Source: Oculina patagonica (lineage: Eukaryota). From it: a stretch of DNA of 64,000 nucleotides. Positions within the stretch are counted from its first letter, which is position 1, and every line of letters begins with the position of its first letter. The notes under the pieces are model-generated. The model saw only the letters and a list, made by a program, of their open reading frames with translations, was not told where the DNA came from and searched no databases. The stretch is taken from the NCBI RefSeq assembly GCF_052425735.1, contig NC_135764.1, forward strand, positions 12,400,001-12,464,000, in the 5' to 3' direction. Of the stretch, positions 37,763 to 49,700 are shown one piece after another. Made by a program: the position numbers and the translations under genes.

Positions 37763-40700
37763 CTTGACTGCAGTTATACCCAAAGTACTCATCATTGCAG
37801 AAGCAAGACTGGTTTTCGTAAGTCATCAAGTCATAGTTACAGGTACCATGACCACTGCACAGCATCTCGGGTAAGCAAATACTACAATCCAGTGGTTGTC
37901 TTGTCCAGCCCTGATCACAGAAACAGCTCCCATTGAAGTCGCAGCGCCCGTGCCCTGAGCAGCGAACGTCTGGTCTGCACACCGAACAGTTCTGTCCGCT
38001 GTAGTAGCTGAGACAATCGCACGTGCCATTTCGCAAGCACTGACCATGCCCAGAACAGAACGTGGTCGGGTCACATCTGGAACATCTCCCATAGGGCTCG
38101 AACCACTGACGTTTCCATCCTTTGTAGCAGGAACACGTGTAACTCCCTTGGTTGTCAATGCAGTATGAATTCTCAACACAAGTGTGCAAACCAACGGAAC
38201 ACTCGTCAATGTTAGTGCAGTTTTGTCCATCGCCAGTCCAGCCTGGGTTACACTTGCATTTATAAAAACCAAGAGTGTTGTAGCAAGTGGCGTGTTCCCC
38301 GCACGGAATAGAGTCAACTCTACATTCGTCTATGTCTGAGCATTGAAACCCGTTTCCAGAGTAGCCCGTTATGCAGCTACAGTTATATCCACCAATGTAA
38401 TTATGACAAGACGCTCTTGGATGGCACTGATTGAGATCACTGCTCGAACACTCATCTAAATCTTCGCATAACAGAGTTCTGTTTCGGTGATATCCGTCCA
38501 AACAGGCACAGACAAAACCTCCTACAGTGTTTACACAGAAAGAGTTATGGGTGCAGTTTGCAGTTTTTAAAGAGCACTCATCGACATCGGAGCAGTTTTG
38601 TATGCCATTTCCAGTAAATCCTGATTTGCATTCACAATTGAAGGATCCCACTGTGTTATAACAAGTAGCATTGAGATGGCAAGTGTTATTTGCAAGGCAT
38701 TCATCTGTATCGTGGCAATCCCATTCTCCGTCGTTACGTTCATATCCCTGTAGACATACGCACTCGTACGACCCTGCTGTGTTCTTGCAGGTTGTTCTGT
38801 TTGTACAGTTATGGACATACTTGCTTTGATTACTGACACTAGTTTTCAAGCTTATGTTCACTGCAAGATACCAAGGAATGGAGATGACAGTTGTGACGTT
38901 CTTTCCGGTTTGAACAACGTCTACAATAGCTTGAATACAATCTACTTGCTCATTGTTAGCTTCCTCGCAGGCACAAACCAAAGTAGTGTTGTCAACATTA
39001 CTTCCATTGTTTGAAACGTTACGATAAACACATGTTTCTACATTGGAACAGACACCTGGTTTACATTCTTCCAGTCTACCTTCAACCGTCTGTTTGATAG
39101 TCCCTTCACATTCGTCAATTTCGAAACAAGCATCCGCGCTCTGAAGGAACCCTGATCGGCACTTGCACTCGAATCCTCCAATGAGATTGACACAGTCAGC
39201 ATTAGTATCACAAGAACCATACATCTGTGGACTGATGCACTCATTAATGTCCATGCAAGCCGTGCCGTTTCTATCTTCAGTGTACCCCTCTGGGCACACA
39301 CAGTAATGCTCCATCCCAACCGCAATACAAGTCATGTTTTCATTGCACGTGTCGTTACCGGATTGACAAGGGTTCACAGCGTCACACGATGAGTTGTCAA
39401 CAGCATCACATTTGCATTCATAACCGCCAACCAAATTTTGACATACTGGGGCTGATAGTGGACAGTTGAACATGCCCCACTTGCATTCATCTATATCCTC
39501 ACACTTTCGTCCAGCGTTAGAGAAGCTTCCGATACAAGCGCAAAGACTTCGTGCAGTTACATTTGCATTTGCTTTACTTGCATTGTTCGTGTCATTACTA
39601 CACTGATACTCCGCGCAAACTCTACCTTTGTCTTCAAATCCTTGCAAACATTCGCAAGTAAAGCTCCCGTTGGTATTCGAACAGGTCGCGAAAGTATCAC
39701 AGTCGTCCAAGCCAAGGTTGCATTCGTCGAAGTCTTGGCATTCGTCGTTTTCCTGGCCGCTCAATGTCCAGCCTTCTTTACAGACACATGAATAGTTCCC
39801 AGGAACATTTCTACATATCTGGTTTGCACCGCAAACAGTACCATTAGCACACTCGTCTACATCAGTGCAATAAAACCCATCACCTTGCCATCCCTGTGTA
39901 CAAGTACATTCGAAACCACCAATACTGTTGCTGCAAATCGCATTAGCTTCGCCTTTGTAGGTAGAACAGTTGTGTATCTCTTCTGTGCATTCATCCACAT
40001 CAATACACAATAAGCTGGTGTTTGAGGGAATTTTTTCCACGATTTCTGGAATTGAAGCATTTTCTATTTCTCGCCATCCTTGCTTGCAAACGCAGGTGTA
40101 ATTCCCTTCAGTGTTTAAACAGTCTTCGTTTTCATAGCAAGAATGCGTATTTAGCTCGCATTCATTGACATCTGTACAGTTGTAACCATTTCCGGACCAC
40201 CCGCTCTTGCACACGCATTGATATCCTCCTGGTAGATCGATACATTTTGAATTGACACTGCAGTTATGGCTTCCTTCTTTGCATTCATCTACATTCTCAC
40301 AGAAAATACCATTTCCTGCCCAGCCTGGGTTGCAGTAGCATTCAAATGTTCCGTTGGACTCAATACATCTTGCATGTATTGAACAAATATCGCTCCCATT
40401 GAAACAGTTTCCTCTTTTTACACAAGAGAACCCATCTCCATAAAACCCGCTTTTACACTGACACTGCACAAACGGCAATGACTTGTTTTGGACGATGCAG
40501 AAGGCATTTTCATCACAAATGTTTAAGTGTGACTCCGACTCACAACCTCCACAGTCTAAGCCATCAAAATCACAACGCTTTGTGTCACATGCTTGGTCGC
40601 AGGTTCCGTCATTAACAGATGTTACGGAGCAATCCGCCGAACATATGCAATCACCCCCATCAAAGCCACAAATTCTGTTGTTACATTCAATGTCACACTG

Positions 40701-43700
40701 CCCGTTACCGATAGAACTTTTTGGACAGGTCTTCGAGGAACACAAACAGTCCATGCCATCGTAATCGCAAGATTCCACAAAGCACTCGACATTGCATATT
40801 CCATCTCCTAACGTGGCATTCCTGCAATCCGGAGCACACTGACAATCACTGCCGTCAAATGAACATTCCTCTACGTCACATTGCGATTGACAGGTGCCAT
40901 CGGCAACCATACCCAGACGACACCCTGGACTACACTCTTTAACAACTGGTTTAGGGCAGTCACCGTTATCGAAGTCACAGGCCTGTACATTGCAGGCAGA
41001 ATCGCAAACACCATCACCTCGAAAACTTGGAAGGCAACCTTCAAAGCACAGCTCTGTTGTTAAAGCAGAAGGCTTACAATCTCCGCCATCGAAGTTACAA
41101 GCAGACACGTTACACGATATTTCACAAAACCCGTTAGCAATCATTGGAGGAGAACACGCCTTTGGACAGTTCTCTCCTGTTACTTTTTGGGCACAGTCTC
41201 CATAGTCATACAAGCAGTCGGCAACGTTACACTCTTCATCACACATGCCGTTACCTTGAAGATGTTTACTGCAAGTGCAATTTGAAACTAACGCACAGTC
41301 TCCTTTGTCCAGACCGCATAATACCGTATTGCACTGGTGATCACAAAAACCATCTGCCAACATTTTTGGACGGCATCCAGGACTGCATTCTTCCTCAACG
41401 CAATCACCACCATCAAACTTGCAAACGGTGTTGTTACACATCTGATCACACGACCCGTCTCCAAGCCACGAATTTGGACAAATGCAAACATTCTGGCAGT
41501 CTCCTTTGTCGCTTAAGCACTTAGGTATGTTGCAATCTGGATCGCAAACACCATCACCAATCCAACTTTCCGGACATAACGGAGTGCATAGCTTCACCAT
41601 TGAACAGTCATCTCCATCCCAACCAAGGTCACAAACGCAAACGCCTTCGATGCAAGTACCATGACTAGAACATCGGTTTGGACAGGTGTTGATTTGACAT
41701 TTTTTACCCGTATAGGCCAGATCACATTTGCAGCTTCCGTTAGCGAAGCACACTCCGTGTCCAGAACAGGAGGTTAAGGAATCACATCCAGGTGCTGTCT
41801 GCAGTGTCGGGTCATAGCGACTAAGCCTGCTAAAATCCATGCTTTCACGTGGTATTTGAAGATGAAAATATGGAACTTCGGATACACTCACATTTTCAAC
41901 GAGTTCAAACTCCAATAATCGGGCTTCCGTTAATATTTCAAGGCCAAGTCGAAAGTTGCTGTCGTTTTGCAGTGAAGCAGTATTAATTTCAGCGATATCA
42001 TAGTCCGTACCACCTCTTCCGAACGGAGATACGTTATATACTTCAAGCTCAATTAGTTTTTGTGCTGTTAGATAGGTCATCTTTTCGATTGACGTGTTCT
42101 GAGCTGTTAGAAAACCAACATATTTAACAATTCGGCGCCTGTACTCTCTGTAAACTAGTGTGGAATGAAGATCAGATGAGTTGACTATTTCCAGCACAAC
42201 CAGTTTGGCAAGAGAATACACGCTGAGTGATCCACGCGAGATTACGATGTACTTCTCCCCAGTTATCTTCTGTAAGTGGAATAAGACATTAAGAGAACTA
42301 ACCGAATAAATGTCATGAATACTTTCCGGCTCTAATACGAACGCGGATTGGTTAGAATAGTATGATTTGCATTCTCCATTGTCGTAGTGACATGCTTCTG
42401 TATTACAGGCTTGATCACACATGTCATTGTTGAAATGTACTATTTGCGAACAGCCAGGGCTACATGGAATCAGGTACCACAAGGGATCTTTGTAAACCCC
42501 GTCTTGTGCAACACTTACACTCACAAAATTCGGCAGTATGGGCTTTTCATTTGCCAAAGCTGTTCCGATACTCTGCCCACTCTGAACACTGGTAATGTTG
42601 TGAGGTGTAAAATGAGACACAGTTACAATAAAACCCACCCACTTGCTTTTAGGCCAACCAGTGATCTCGATACTGTCACCCTTTATTTTGACGTTTCCAG
42701 GAATCGGAGAATTGATAACTTGCAATTCATTAACAATCAGATCAAGCCAGTGCGTCAATCTAAAACAGCCCTCTAGCAATGCTCCAGTGCATGGTTCCTT
42801 GATGTTCCAGTTACATCTACCCGATTCAAGACACCTTTCTCTGCTCCCGGTGCCTTTACACGAAGACAACCCAGTGTTTTCAGATGTTATGGATCGAAAA
42901 AGACCACAGAAGCCATCTATTCCAGCCCTGTTTTGTGAAATGCGTAGGATTCTAGGGAACAGTCCATGAAATTTTGCATTTGTGGGACTAACGCACTTTG
43001 GATAATTTGGTGGTTTTGGAATGGTTAAAGGTGTATTGAAGGCTACCTGTAAAGTTCCGATATGTGCAATGTTTGTCAGTCGAATTTCTGCTTCTGTGAC
43101 TTGTAACCATTCCGATAAGGTGCGAAGACTATCATTTTGTTTAGTCACGTAAACGCAGCCCCTTTGTGAACAATCTTTCCCATAAAAGCCTGGAAGACAA
43201 AAACATTGACCAGTTTTGCAAATTCCTTTACCACTACATAGGCGACCTTTGTTCACTGGACATGCCTTTGCACAAGTTTCATGGAACCACTTCGCTGGAC
43301 TGCATAGAGCTGGTGAGCTTGGTCCTAAGGGTGTACCTTCAGTGCATATGGGGCTTTCTTCATAAAACTGGGAACCACACCAACCACAATTTGAGTTGGA
43401 AACACACTGAGAGCATTTCTGATTCAGGTGACACGTTTTCGGGCATGGCGTTCTGTAGAAAACCTCGTCTTGCGCACAGACAGCACCCGTGGTGTTTGAA
43501 AGACATTTCTGAGAGCCTTCGCACCAAAGGCAGCTTCCTGTGGTTCCACCGAAAAGACAAGATTGACAAGACGTGTGGATGTTGCAAACGCTTTCCTTAA
43601 ATGTTTTGTTCTGATACCTCGTTATATTGAGCTCCGACCACAAAACCTTCGTGAAATAGGGTAGACAAAAATCTTTTACTGGGGAAACGAAGCCTTCTAA

Positions 43701-46700
43701 GTTGGATGTCAAGTTTAATAAGGTGGTAATGGTAATCCTTGGGTGCCAGTTTCCATAGCTGATCAGCGGCTTGGAAAGATTGTAGAATGCCGAGTATCTG
43801 CTTTTCCAGCTGTATTGAATCGGATTTAGCTCTGGCGGGCAATAATAATCATGTATAATGTTTGAAAGCTTCTCATTTTCAGAAGAGTTAGTAATCAGCA
43901 CTCCAAGCATGTACCCATCGACAGCACTGTTAATGGTTGACGTTGGAAGCCTCTCTTTACAAAAGGTGGTTGCTTCCTTTGATGTATTCCAATTGCTGAT
44001 AAAGTCATCTGTGCTGAGAAGGACAGCCGTAATCCAGGTGAAAGTTTGCACTGGCTTTTGGATGTGAGGGTTAAATGTGAAGCTTTCATTTCCAACACTT
44101 CGCCCTAAACTCTCCATTTCCGACGAAAGTACTCCTGCCAAAATAAAATCAATTTCGATGTGGGATTCAGCGAAGCTGTAATGCCCTTTAAGCTTTGTTA
44201 ACATTCTGTCGTCTGTGTTGAGTTCTTGTGATACAGAGTAGGGCACAGGATAAAACAACGATAAATACTTCCAAATCTTGTTAAGGTGTAACTTTCTGTT
44301 ACCAGCCTCTGCTGACTGCGAGAGAGACCACGCCAGCGATGCAATTTGAGTTAACGATTTTTCCGGAAAAATCCTCTCTATCGCCCAGATGTCGCAGTAC
44401 AGGTGATCACATGGGGTACTTGAAATGTTGACAACAAATGATTTACTGCTGCTACTGACAAGGTTGCTTGCTGTTACATTCACCACGAACTGACCAGATC
44501 GTGGGAAGTAATGCGATACTGTTTCAGTGACATTGTGAAGCGATGTATTGTCACCAAAGTCAACAGTGAAGGAAACATTTGTCCCAATGGCTGATGTTCG
44601 TAGGATTACAGCACGGCAAGCTCTTTGATCTCCACTGACATTCAGCCTGATATTTGAGACCGGCACTTGAACGATCACTACTTCAGTAGCTGTGCTATTT
44701 CTGACGTTATTCTTAGCGTCTATATCCACGACGTACACACCAGGCGAGGTAAAATTAAGTGACGTGAAACCATATTGACTAAAAGCTCCTAAAAAGCTAT
44801 ACTTGTACTGAACGTTTGTCCCTGAGAGCGCAAACGAAGAGAATGAAACCTCTTCTCCAACTGCTTTTGGGCTGTCGGATATTATTGCCAAACCTTTAAT
44901 GGGTTTTTCGCAGAAAAGACCATCGCCAATCCACCAACGTCTGCACACACATGTAAACGATTGGCCATCAGGTCCATAGCGAAGGCAAGTAGCATTGGGA
45001 TGGCAGTTGTGTTCACCAGTTGCACACTTCCCCTTTTTAATAATTTCGTCAAGGGCAGCTACCTTATCTGCTCTGTCTTTAAGAGCCTTTTCGAGGTTGG
45101 CAGAAGCACGTAGCGCTTCTTGTCGTGCTGCATCCCGCGCGTTTCTCTTCAACTGTTCTTCTTCTTTTGCCCTTCCGAGTTCCCTCTCTTTTGTCCTAAC
45201 ACGAGTTCGCTGGTCGCTAAGATTTCTCTGAAGCTTCATTTTGTCCCTTTCCTTTCGTCTTTTTTCGTCAGTGAGAGCATCCCTGCGGTAGATTGATCGT
45301 TTGCCAAACCATCCACTAACGGTTTTTATAACCTTTCCTGCGAGGTTTCGGAGGCCTCGGGCTATCTCAGATGCTATTTTGTGGGCAATGTTAGCAATTC
45401 TGTTTACCACGTCTCTAAGTGTCCTCGAAACGTTTTTAAAAATTCTCTTCGTTTCTTTCAAGACACTGTCGAGGCGTATGACTTTTGCCACAGCTCCTAT
45501 CCAAGCTTTTCCCGTTTCAGCAGCCTTCCTGCCTGCTTGCTCTGCTGCCTTTGATGCTTGTTCAACGGTTTTCTGTGCTGCTTCTACAGCCTTCTTAGCC
45601 GCCTCTCGTGCCGCTCTCGCTGCCTCAGCCGCAGCTTTAGCAGCACGTTCTGCGGCATTAGCTAAAGCTTTCTCTGCATCGATAAGGTTATTGAGGATTT
45701 TTCCAATATCTTTAACAAGATTTGCGCCAAGTTTGAATCCCTTTTTTAGCAGGTTTTTTATCAGTTCTCCGGCATTACCGGCGAAATTTAAAAGTCCATC
45801 TGCAAGTGCACGCAAAAGCTGAGCAGGAGTCTTAAGGAAAAGCTCTTTAATTAAGGCAGGCGCTTCTTTCTTGACGAGGCTAACAACAAGTGCTGGAATT
45901 CTGTCAGGCCTAGCATCTTTCGTGTTGAATGTTAACAGTGGAAGCTTTATGTTAACTCCCATAAAAGAAAATGAAACTTTCAATGAACTTCTTCCCGGAA
46001 ATGAAATCTTTAAGTCGCAGTTAAAGCCGGTGCTCAAAACAATTCTTCCAACGTCTTGACCGAAAACACTTATTTTGCCAATGTCAATTCGCAGGTGAAT
46101 GTCAATGCTCACCTGTGCTCGAACGTTAAAGGATATGCCACGTCTAATAAGTTCAATGCTTATTTGTGAACCCATAAACAGAGATGTAGCCTGTATAACT
46201 GATCTGGATGGAGAGTCCTTGATGTAGAGTCGGGAATCGAGCAGTCGCACACCTAAAAGACGCAGATCTACTTTTGCATCTAAAACGAACACAAGGCCCG
46301 GACCATAAGCAGCTTTAACCAATCCACCGAACTCAACGACATCTTGAAAATTGAATTTCAACTGTCCAACAACGGTTATTGTGTCTTTGGTTACACGTAC
46401 CTCGCCACTTATAAGGGGCACATTACCAAGTTTGACTTGGCCTTTTGCAGAGATTGTCAGAAGATTTGACGAATCTTCCAACTTGATATTTGCTTTGGCA
46501 TTAAAACTTATTTCCACCAGGTTTGTTATACCAGCGTCCAGTCGTAAGGACAGACCAGCATTACCGAAATTCTTCACTCGAACTGCGACATCTGTAGAAA
46601 GAAGGAGTAAATTCGAGGAGGCTATCAGTAAAGCATCATCTCCAGTTTCCTTTACGGGATATGGCCAGATTTCTTTGTTCTGCTTTAACTCGTTCGGTGT

Positions 46701-49700
46701 AGACGCTGCAAATTTTAGCAAAGGCCATCTGAAAGGACCAATGTTAAAAGCAATGTCCAAAACACGGTACTTGAGAGGAACGATTTGCAACAGCCACTTT
46801 GGTTCAAACGTTTTCATAAAATTCATCCAGCCAACAAGGAACCTTTTACCGTCTATTGGAGGGACGTCCAATTTAAGTCTCCTACCGCCAGTATACTTAG
46901 GTAACTGAAGCATGGTCATGTCATTTTTGTGAGACAGTTTCAAAACGAGTAACGTACTGTTAGCAGCTTTTAAGTCTTCCAGGGATAGCAGGTAGTTTCT
47001 TTCTGTATAATACCTCAAAAGGCCAACGAGAAGGGAGGCAATTGTGCTAAAATCTTTGAATTCAGGTCTTCGATGATATATTGTCGCCTGGGCCTTAACA
47101 TCAATAAGTGTCGCATATTTTATGGAAAAGGGAGCAGCAAATATCGGAATTGGCCAGTAACCCACGATTATGAAGAAACAGTCTTTGCAGACTATGTGTG
47201 TTTGCATTTCCTCCGCGTTTATAAGTAAAGGGTTTGTCTTTGGAAGACGTGACAAGAGTATAACGAACTTCAGATCCCATAGGTATACTTCAGCGTCAAT
47301 GTCTACAAAGGGTACCCCAAATGCTGACCCGATTGTGAATCGCCGTAACGAAATGGCTAACAAATCTCCTGTGGGTGAAACTGGTATGGCGACGTCCACT
47401 GACTCATCATTTTGAACTTGGAGACTGAACGTTAATGGGCCGTTCTCAGCGACTGAAAAGGCTACGGTTATTTCTTTCGGGAATTCTGGGCTCTTGAATC
47501 GTTCCATACCACTTGGTAGGTTGTCAATGTTACACCCAATCCTATTTAAGGCACCGATGATATCGGGAGGAGGCCAAATGGGAATGTTCTGTTTCAGTAG
47601 ATTGGAAACAAAAGGGATATTTTTGAAAAACTGTCGCATGATTGGCAGCGTCAGTGGAATGCACAATTTGTCTAATCCCTGAACATCAATGATAGCTGAA
47701 AAGCCGTCTTTTGTGTAAGCAAGCGAAGGGAGACTAAGTCTCACGTAAGAATCCTTCTGACAGAGCCAAGTAAAATCGCAAACGTACTCTTCTTCTACTT
47801 TGTTGCAGGGTATCAGCTCGTCCAGAATTGGTATAGTCTTGAGCTTGATTGCTAATCCTGTCTTCTCTGTTATAGAGATATCCATCTGTAGAGTGTCCTT
47901 GAAGACTTTGAATGGCAGCAGCTTATTAAGCGTATCGAATCCCGAAACGTCAAGGGATATCTCAAGTTCAGGCTCCTGTGGTGTGCTAAATACGATTTTG
48001 GGATCATAAAACTTTATTGTTAAATGGCAATCTAGTCCAGCGAGTTTGAGGTCAACATCAGCGTCAAGGAGTTTTTCCTTTAATGTAACAATAGCCAAAC
48101 GTGGTCTTACAGTTATCAATCCTTGAAGATCACTGAAGTGCTGTTCCAGCGGGATGCCCGTGAAGGATGCCTTGATGCCAGCTGTGAGCTCCCAGTCCTT
48201 GTTTTGCTTAAAACCGAGTTCCAAGTATTGAACACTAAGACTCGCTTTGAAAACGTTTGACGGGTCAGCCATGGGTAGCGGGAAACTAAAACCAACGTCG
48301 AAATCTTGAAGATCACATCGGATATTTGCACTGAGAACATTAAATCGAGGTTTGCTAAACGTAATGTTTAGGCTATTTAGAGTCACCTTTTTGAAGTTCA
48401 AGAATTCGTCTGGGACACTTTTTAGCAATTGTTCTCCACCAATCAGGCTTGCCAAGTCATACATACTCAACGGCTGGTGTCCGAGGTTCGTTATTTCTAA
48501 ACGTACAAAGTCCTTGAAAACGGACAGAACTGTTGGAACCACGGCTTTGAAAAGCTGTATCTCGACATAAATCGTAGGTGTGACAATTTGTTTGGCAGCA
48601 TGAAAGGGATTTGTAGCGAAGAGGCTGACGCGGATATGTCGAATAGTTATTCCCAAGGGAAGCCAGACGTCGGTAAGATTTGCTTCAAACTCGCACGTTA
48701 TGTTGAATATGTGAAATTGAGGGTTGGGAATGAACGAGGCTGTAAACTTCTTCAGCATGAATTTTTCGGCTTTTGAAAAAATCTTATCTGGAAAAAGCGA
48801 CTTTAGATCAAAACCACCACCAGTCAATCCAACGATGTTTGCTGCTGAGAGTTGATTTTCTTGATGTGAAAGAATGTGAAGTTTCCACGCCTGAGACGGG
48901 AATTGTGGCATTGTAAGGATACCGCGGGCCTGGATGATATTATCTCCTTTTCCAACCGTGATAAGGCATGTCAGTGTTCCAGCTACATTGACTTGGACGG
49001 CTGTCTTAACGCTAAGGTCAGCAGTTATGTTCTCTATCTTCAGCCAATTATCGACAAGAATTACTTGGTTTGGAAGAGAAAACTTCAAAGCAAAGCCTTG
49101 TACCTGCAGCTTTATCAAAGGAGGTTGTAATTCTAAGTTTAAGAACTTCAGTGAGATCTTTAACAAACGAAACGCTGGTGGAAAAAGGTCCGGTAAATCG
49201 AACCCACCAATCAGTAACTGGCCTAACTCTGGCAATGTTAGGTCTGGAAAACTTTGGAATCCAATCTTCATTTCAATTAAGTGTGGTAGAGGTGGTGGAA
49301 AGGGTATTCGGAAAGAAACTGGTAGGGCCTTTAGGACGAATGTACCGGATAGAGCTGCGTGAAAGCTGTCTCGGACGTTGAGATCCAGTGTAATGTTCTG
49401 AAATGTTAGTGGAAAGCCTTTCAGATTCCAGCGCTTTAGCGCAGTTGCTGTTAAATCTAATGAAATCATACGTGCCGAACGAGGCTCGAAATGTGCTTCA
49501 AGTGGCCATACTCGTACGTTTCCAATGAAGTCCGAAATTGGTGTTAGCATGCCAGATGGTATTAATTTCCCAACCATCGGAAGTACAGCGATTTTGGAAA
49601 GATTAAAAGTGACTGCACTCTTCAGTTTTAAAATAATCACAGACCGGGGGGAATCGGGTATGTTGCATTCCAGTGGAAGCACAAGGCGTTGCTCGTTATC

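Noticed and set aside
37763-41800. Calling the giant gene Notch or fibrillin
   Set aside because: I found no ankyrin, transmembrane or TB domains, and the LNR number and order differ from Notch.
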